Source: the human T2T-CHM13v2.0 reference genome, Homo sapiens. From it: a stretch of DNA of 64,000 bases. The stretch is taken from NCBI RefSeq assembly GCF_009914755.1, contig NC_060927.1; one strand, written 5' to 3'. Shown one piece after another: positions 56,501 through 64,000 of the stretch. Positions within the stretch are counted from its first letter, which is position 1. Each line of letters starts with the position of its first letter. The notes beneath the pieces were generated by a model. It was not told the origin of the DNA. It worked only from the letters and a program-made list of their open reading frames with translations, and did not search any database. The position numbers were made by a program, and so were the translations under genes.

Positions 56501-58719
56501 AGGGTGTCTGCTTCCTTTTCACTGGTGTCAAGATGTATGAGAAGGCATATATATAGTGAATTTCACTTCTTAACTTGTTCTCAAGTGTTTCTGAGGCAGC
56601 CCTTGTGTTTTCACATGGGCTTCTCCTCCCTCTCAGGGCTTCATGTAATGTTTCATTTATAACAGAGATTGGTGGATTTGCAAAGTAAATATTTCAATAA
56701 GAAAAAAGCAAGATCTTTGGTGACCCTCTCGGTTCTGCTTCTATGGAGGTATTTTCTATGTCTGGCAGGAAAAAAAAAAAAAAAAAAAAAACCTTTATCT
56801 TGGCTGCAACTCTGAACTGGAGCGTGTAAAATGTACTTCTCAGGTTCTGTGAGCCTTAAAATAATGAGCAGTAGAAAACTCTGAGGTAGGTCAGCGATGG
56901 GGAGAATACCATAGTTTTATAAAGGATTTTCATGGTTAAACAAATTTGGAGAAACTAGAATGACCAAGCAATGTTAATTCTCCACTGGGCTTTTGAATCT
57001 GAAAATAGCAGCAATTCTAAGTACACAACACCACCATTCATACAGCCCTGGAAAGTCCCCCACATCAGGAAAATTATCCTTATTAGTCAAACCCAGTAGG
57101 GATCATCTGACTATTCCTCAGGGAAATGAGAATTTTTGTTTGGATCTTACTTCTCTGTATTGTACTCAAATTGTACATGAGCTATGTCACATCTGGGGAC
57201 TTTGCGATTATGGTCATGTTTTCAATAAGAAATACTTCTGAAAGCTGCTGCTCTAATTTATATGTGTCATTCCTCATTAACATAAATAAATTCAGAATAA
57301 TAGCATGAGGTGGTGGTATTTTTTTTTATTTTTCAGTTTCCAGAGTCATCCTGCTCTGTTAGGTGTTCCTTCAGCTGGCTGGGACCCTAAGCCAGTTTAC
57401 AGTCCCAACACTTGCTAAGATATTGTTTGATGACATTTATTCTGTTTGGCTCTACAGTTTGTCAATCTCATGATTTCATCAAAAACGTTATGCTGAAATG
57501 CTTGAATATCTTTTAGTATGTTTGTTGTGTTGAGCTGTGATAAAAAGTATGAAAGTTTTCATTCCAATACCAAAACGTAGAAAGAGGGTATCAGAAATTA
57601 AGTGATTCTGCTAATTCTTGTTATTTCACTAAAATGAAATTAAATGTATAATTTCTAATTCAGTTGTATTTTGCTCTTAAATTATCATTTTCTGCTTTAA
57701 GAATTAGGTGGAAAGTATGCCCTACTTAAATGCATGTTTGGTGCTAATTCTTGCCTGTTGACCAAAAATTTGAGTCTCATGTTGTGTACAGTATACATAC
57801 AGATATCATTTTTTTCTCTAAGTATTTGTGACAGGTAAGATCTGTGCAAAATTATGAATTACATTACAAATCGTAAATGGGTCTTACTGTCCTCACTGAA
57901 TATATTTGGTTTTTAAACCCAAATTCATAATGCAGGCACTTCTTTTGCTATGCTCACGTGTATGATGTTTGCTGTTAGAGAGTTCACAGGATTGATATCC
58001 CAGACTTTGGTGGTTTAAGATACCTAAAAGAGTATTTTTGAATTATTGAGTCTACATCAGGTATTCCTTTGTTATTTGATTATTTTTATCTGTCTTATTT
58101 CTTATGAGCTCTGGGCCTCAGAAAGAATATTTCTGTTCTCCACTACGTACACTATCAGAAATATGAGCATTGGATGAGGGATGGTAATAGTGACCTCCAA
58201 GGAACTAAATGTTTACCTGTATTATATCGGGGTGGATAAGCTATTATCCAAATAACAAAGGGGGGGGGATCCCCTGCAAAAAATCACTGTAGATAAGTTA
58301 TGTTGAAGTATATTACTATTAAGTAATTAGTATTTTAGTAACTTATTTTAAATAATAAAGCTGACATTCCTATAAGAATATATAAAACAGAATTTATATA
58401 GGAAAGAAAAAATAACAGAAAAATTTTGGGGCTTGATATTTTGTGACACTTACTTCTTTTTCTTCAAGCCATCTGGGGAGCACAGTCAATGGATGTGGGT
58501 AAATGTTTGTTTCTGAATCCTTGCTGGAACCCAAGTCACCTCTCCTCTCATGGAAGTCCTCTGCCATATCCACGTTGACCAATAACATTCTAAAGTAGGC
58601 TTCAAGATCAGTCTCCTTGGCTCTGCAGTGCTATTACTCCTGCAGGAAATGCATCTGGCATTTGTTACTCTCACAGTAACATCCTTTCTTCCATTCACAG
58701 TTGAGGCCCTAACTCTTCC

Positions 58720-59100
58720 CATTTTAGTTATGGTAAGGCCAGGTTATGCTGCAGGAACAAACTCAAAATTACAATGGCTTCAAATAGTAGTTGTGTATTT
58801 GTCACTCACACCATGTGTCCATTTTGGATAGATAGTTCTACTCCATGTTACCTTCACTCAAGGACCAAGACTGATGGAGTCACCTCCATTTAGAAAATCA
58901 CTGGCCCTTGAATTAAGGGGAAGAACAATGGAGAATTGCCCACTTGCACTGGTATCTTTCTACTGAATCTCAAACACATCATTTCCACTCACAACTCATT
59001 GACTAAAGCAGTCCTCTTGGCCTCACCTAATCCAAATGGAGTAGATGAAAATGCAAACATACCATGTGTCTAGAAGAAGGAGAATGGGCAGTTGCCAATG
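58720..59100. mobile_element. MLT1K/L-like LTR
   Basis: TAAGGCCAGGTTATGCTGCAGGAACAAAC...CTTCACTCAAGGACCAAGACTGATGGAG. Confidence 0.6.
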
Positions 59101-60594
59101 TTTACTCCTTTCTTCTGCTCTAAGAATTACAATGATTTTTTGTTTTCCCATAACCATGTGGTTCTCAGTGTACTTGTCTTGCACAGCTGCATTTATATGC
59201 ACTGGATAAAGGGTCCCCTCCCCAGCAATATCAAACTCTTTGGGGCCCTTAATAAGAGGTTTATGTAAAACCTTTTGAGTAGAGATACTCTTATTTGGCT
59301 GTGCCTTCTATTTTTACACTCCATTCTCTGCAGACACTTTTTACAAGTTTCTTAAGAATAGTTTATAGGGTAGATTTAGGAAAAAAAATTGTGTGGCACC
59401 CCAAATTGCCTCCCTCCAAACTGAATATGATCATAACGTATCTTTCATTTTATCTTTCTACAGTCTCCCCTGCCTTTCTGGGACCTCCCCAAGCAGTTAA
59501 AGGGCACCTGCTATCCTTGTCTTTATGTGAGAGACCCAGTCGTGGGCCTACAACTGTCCCATTCTGTGTAAACACCATTTTTTCCACAATGGCTTGTTGA
59601 GTCTTCCCTGGAGTAGAAGTGCTGGCAGCCATCCTGAGGTTGCAAGTTTCCTGTAGTGGAACTTTCATTGTGGTACTGATTACTATTTGAAACTCTTTCA
59701 TGAATAGTTTACTTAGTCACTGTTTTTCTCTCCCACTAGTGTGTAAGTGCTATGAGAATAGGAACTTTGTAAGTCTTGTTCACTTCTGTATTCTCAGCAC
59801 CCACAGCAAATCTTGGCATGATGTAGGCACTCAATAAACGTTTGTTGAATGACTCAATAATAAATAGTATGTAGAAGAGGTGGGAGAAAACACAGAATTA
59901 GAGCACATTTGTACTAGATCCAAGTTATCACAGGACAATAGCTATGGGGCAAATGGAGGAGATGTTTAGGATACTGTTGGCCAAGTATGTCCTAACAGAT
60001 CAGAAAGGAAGAATGAAAATGTCAATAGGCATCCTTTATTCATTTCATTTTTAGTTCTAGGAAAGTAAATGCTCATCTGAGATTCAGAGGTATGCAGAGG
60101 TGCCTGCCCCATCTGTCTTGCTGTATCTTCCTAGCTGCCTATTGCCATGCTGCTCTTGGGCATGGGGTAGGTGACTCAAGAACAACATTGGGGCTCAGTT
60201 TGCCACCTGATGAGATGGCTTTTTGGTGTCTGCCAAGGGTGACTGTTTCCTTTACACAATGGTTGAACTTATCAATTATTCAGGTTACTTCTTAGCCCCA
60301 AGTTGAACTGGTTTTGGGTTTCAAATATTGGTCTTTCCCTGTTTGTCATATACAACAGTGAAATAACAGATGCCTTCTGTTCATTTTGAAGTGATAAATC
60401 CTATAATTACTACAAGTACTTGCATACTGCAGTTTATTGAGGATGTACATATGCAACATCTCCTTTTTATAACAGCTCTATTATGTAAGTAAGACAGAGA
60501 GTGGAATCCCTTCTCCCTTAGGGTTTAACTTCTAGAATAAGCATATGAGGTAAATATTGTATATGGTTAAAATGACCCTTAAATCACCCAAGAC

Positions 60595-61195
60595 GTGTCC
60601 CAGTTACCATTGCTGTATAACAAACCATCGCAAATCTTAATAGCATAAAACTTTTTTATTTGGCTCACAGATTGTGGGTCATGAATTTATGTAAGCATAG
60701 TGGGGATGATTTGTCTTTGCTTCCTGCTATCTGGGGCCCAGCTGATGACAGTCAACATCTGGAGTAACTCAGTGTCTGGTAGGTATTGGAGTTGTCTTCA
60801 GTTATAGGTCTCGTAGTTGGTGTTGCCTGCTAAGTCCTCAGCTAGAACTGCTAACTGGAGCATCAATACAAGCAGCTTCTTGATGTGGCTTGGGCCTCCT
60901 TACAAAATGGTGGTCTCAGAGTTGTCAGACCTATTACATGGGGGCTCAGAGGTCCAAAAACGAAGGTTGCAGAGGACAAGGTAGGAGCCACATGGCCTTT
61001 TATTCCCTAGCCTTGCAAGTCCCATAGTGTTCCTCCTGTCAAATTCTATTGGTTAAAGCAGCCACAGATCCATCCAGGTACAAGAGGAGGGGACATAAAC
61101 CCTCCTTTCATTGGGATAGTGCCATAGTCACTTTAAAAGAGCATCTGGGAAGGAGCTATTATTGTGGCCATCTTTGGAAAATCCAAGCTGCTGCA
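60595..61195. mobile_element. MLT1-family LTR
   Basis: CAGTTACCATTGCTGTATAACAAACCA...GTGGCCATCTTTGGAAAAT. Confidence 0.7.
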
Positions 61196-63689
61196 GACTG
61201 AGTTTAGTTTTGAATCACAGGCTCTTTCTTCAGTTAGATGCCAGATGAAGCAGGTGGCTTGTTCTTGAGAGCCTGTTGTAGGAAAAATATGCATCTCTGT
61301 GCCCTCGGAAGACTAGTGGCTCATTCTGAAAAGCAGATGGGAACTGAGACAGACTGAGGGAGCTGTGGGTTCCCACCACCCATCTTGCCCTACTTCAGGG
61401 GACACACTCACTCAGTTAAATGGCAGATGGACATGTGGCTACCACCCACCTTTAAGCTGCTGTGAGTGCGTTCTGGCTTTCCTGGTGACTGAGAAAAATG
61501 CAGTACCCTTAGTATCGACATGACGTCTATGGACACAGGGAGAAAAAGAAGAAATCAGAAGGCCCATGTGACACCTGGCTCTGCCAGCTTTATGGAAACA
61601 GACCGCAAGCTGATCTCTCAGGGAGTGGTCTCAAGTTCAGGCCCCCTGCTTTCTCCTGGCTTGCATCAGATCATATCACTATTCTCATATTGATTCTAGG
61701 CCACTGGGTGAATTTTTTATTTTTACCAAATGTGGGCTCTAATGTAAGCTGCTCCAGTCCTTGCGTTTTCAGGGTGCTGCCTGCCAAAATAGTTATTTAT
61801 TCCTTTTGGGGAGAGCTATTCCTGTGCATGGTCAGGGTGGTGAACTCCTGTTGACTCTGACCAAAATTCTCTTTGGCCTCCATTTGGAAGTCGTCTATGG
61901 GCCTTTAATTGTACCCTCTGGGAAGGGAGAAAGAGCACTTGAAACAGGCATGAATTCTGTACATATTTCTAAGGCTGGGCTGTTTTAAAAATGTTGTCTG
62001 TCTGTCTGTCTTCTTTTTTTTTTGCCTTTGAACTTGGATGTGAATTTTCGTGAAGTACAGTGTGTCAAGGGAAGGGCAATGAGAAAATATGCAGGGGTAT
62101 TTACTTAAAAACTACTCAGTGAATCTGTCATGGTGTGTTCATTGGTTTCAGTATGGTAATACCATATTATGAAATGAAAGGTGTCTTACTCTATGTTAAA
62201 TGGCTGCTTTGTAAAATCTCAGCCTTGTTGTGCATGGTATTATGCAGTCCATGCCTGTCTCTGACCATGAATTTTATTTTTCTTTTTTACATTTCAAATT
62301 AGATTAAAACCCCAAAAGCTATTTATTAATTTGTTCCTATTTAAAATTTAAACACAAAATGAAATGGAATGTGCTGAATTTTGTTCGAATCCTTATAAGT
62401 ACATGTGATGACTTTTGAAAGAATTGAATTTCATGGATTTTAAGGAGATCTAAAGAATGATGGAAGTGTTTTTGACAGCTCTGAATTGTTACTTTGTTAG
62501 TCAGAGTTGAAGACTTGGAAGTCTTCAAATCTCATACTTGGTTCAAACATTTCATTACCACCTACCAAGGCTTTATTATCTCTCATAAAGGAAGTGGATT
62601 ATCACTGATCACAGAAACAACAGGTCATGTTAATTCTACTGCATCTTTCAACCCCTCTTCTACTGGATGTTTTTGAATAACAGCCACATGGAAGTGAAAC
62701 AGACTGATAAGACTTCCTCCCTCCTCTTGCTCCCATGCATACATTACCAGCAGTGCAATAACGAGGAAGCTGGAAAAGAACTTGAATGACCCACAAAATG
62801 CCCATTACCCTTGAATAATAATAAATAAAAAACTTGGTTATATTTGTTTGGAAGTGAGAGATTTGCATATTTCACAACAGACTCAATTTTGATGAGGCGG
62901 AATATTGTAGAGGTGTGTGGATTCTGCTTTTCCTATTACTGGTATGCAGCCCCTTAGCCTAAACCAGTAATTTCCATTGGATTGGGAATCACATAGCCTG
63001 GGTTCAAATCTTGGCTCCATCGTTTGGACAAACCACTGAAATCCAGTTTCATCTTTTGTGTAATAACATATGAGCACTGGAATAATTTTGAGAAGTAGAC
63101 AGTGTAGTATATACACAGTGCTTCTTTAGTGCCAAGAGCACGTATCTAGAATTTGCTATATTCCAGACCCATGTTTTTAACTCATTTAATCCTCATAACA
63201 GCTCTATAAAGTAGTTGCTGTTGCTGCAACATTTTCCAGGTAGGGTGTAGCACCTGGGCCAAGTCTGTGAACCTCCCGGTTACTTCTCTTTCCCTTTCCC
63301 TTTAGGAACATGATTTTCTGCCTATGTCATGGGCCAGGTTAGGTTCAAATGGTAGCTAAGGTAACTAACTCCCATCTTTAACATTATCTGATTCACTAGT
63401 CCTTGAAAGTATGGCAAGGATGCATTTTGGTGATGTTTCATATAATTCTAAAGGTGAGAGTCAATCCTTTTAGTTGTGTTTAGATAAAAAGATACCTGAT
63501 CATTTTCTTCAGAAATCAGCCCATTGAGAAGTTGTTATTTATTTTTTCTTATTAGAGTTAATTTTTATTATTGGATTTGAGAAACCAGGTGCTTTATTGG
63601 GAGGGCAGGGCAGGTAAGTAAATAATGCAGGCTGATTTGTTACAGTAGAGGGTGGTGGGGAGTGTAGCAAAGATAGTAGCTGTCTTCTA

Positions 63690-63885
63690 ATTCTTTGCTA
63701 CTGCATGCCTCAATGGAGTACAAGCTTATAATGATGAGAATCACCTGGATGGCTTGTCAAAGGATCGATTAATTGATCCTATACCCAGAGTTTCAGGTTC
63801 AGGGGGTCTAGAAATGTGCATTTCTAACAAGCTCCCAGGGAATGCTGAGTGCTAGCCCAGGAACCACATTTTGAGAGCCACTGCC
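63690..63885. mobile_element. MER5A/B-like
   Basis: AGAATCACCTGG...TGCATTTCTAACAAGCTCCCAGG...CACATTTTGAGAGCCACTG. Confidence 0.7.
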
Positions 63886-64000
63886 CTACAGGAATGTGGA
63901 ACTAGCACTGCCAGGTTTTTCAATATTTCAAGAGAATTCCTCTATTACTTGAGGATTATGGCTTTTTCAAGGTATTTTTTGGTTCTCCAGACATTTCACT

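Overview
Human genomic DNA (Alu/MIR/L2/MER/MLT-rich, mostly intronic) from the retinoic acid receptor beta locus (RARB, 3p24), + strand. It contains the RA-inducible P2 promoter (CpG island, CRE-like site, two DR5 RAREs including the classic betaRARE GGTTCAccgaaAGTTCA at 11025-11041, TATA at 11048) and RARbeta2 exon 1 (about 11078-11703; CDS from 11547). The exon 1 leader holds 7 upstream AUGs and the internal RARbeta4 splice donor at 11346/11347. A 32.3-kb intron follows, then the 149-nt common exon (44038-44186) encoding region B and the first zinc finger; the gene continues beyond the window. An antisense processed H3.3 (H3-3A-derived) pseudogene sits in intron 1, with two Alus inserted in its 3'UTR. 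No prokaryote-type system (CRISPR, operon) is present and I see no wholly new gene family. The best leads are regulatory: (i) the beta4 splice fuses a uAUG to an alternative frame open across the whole common exon; (ii) overlapping start/stop uORF chains; (iii) inverted Alus bracketing the zinc-finger exon; (iv) a consensus CTCF motif inside the H3.3 retrocopy; (v) a candidate antisense exon with a 154-codon ORF upstream of P2; (vi) several candidate enhancers. Repeat subfamily names and literature statements come from memory and were not database-checked; repeat boundaries are approximate.
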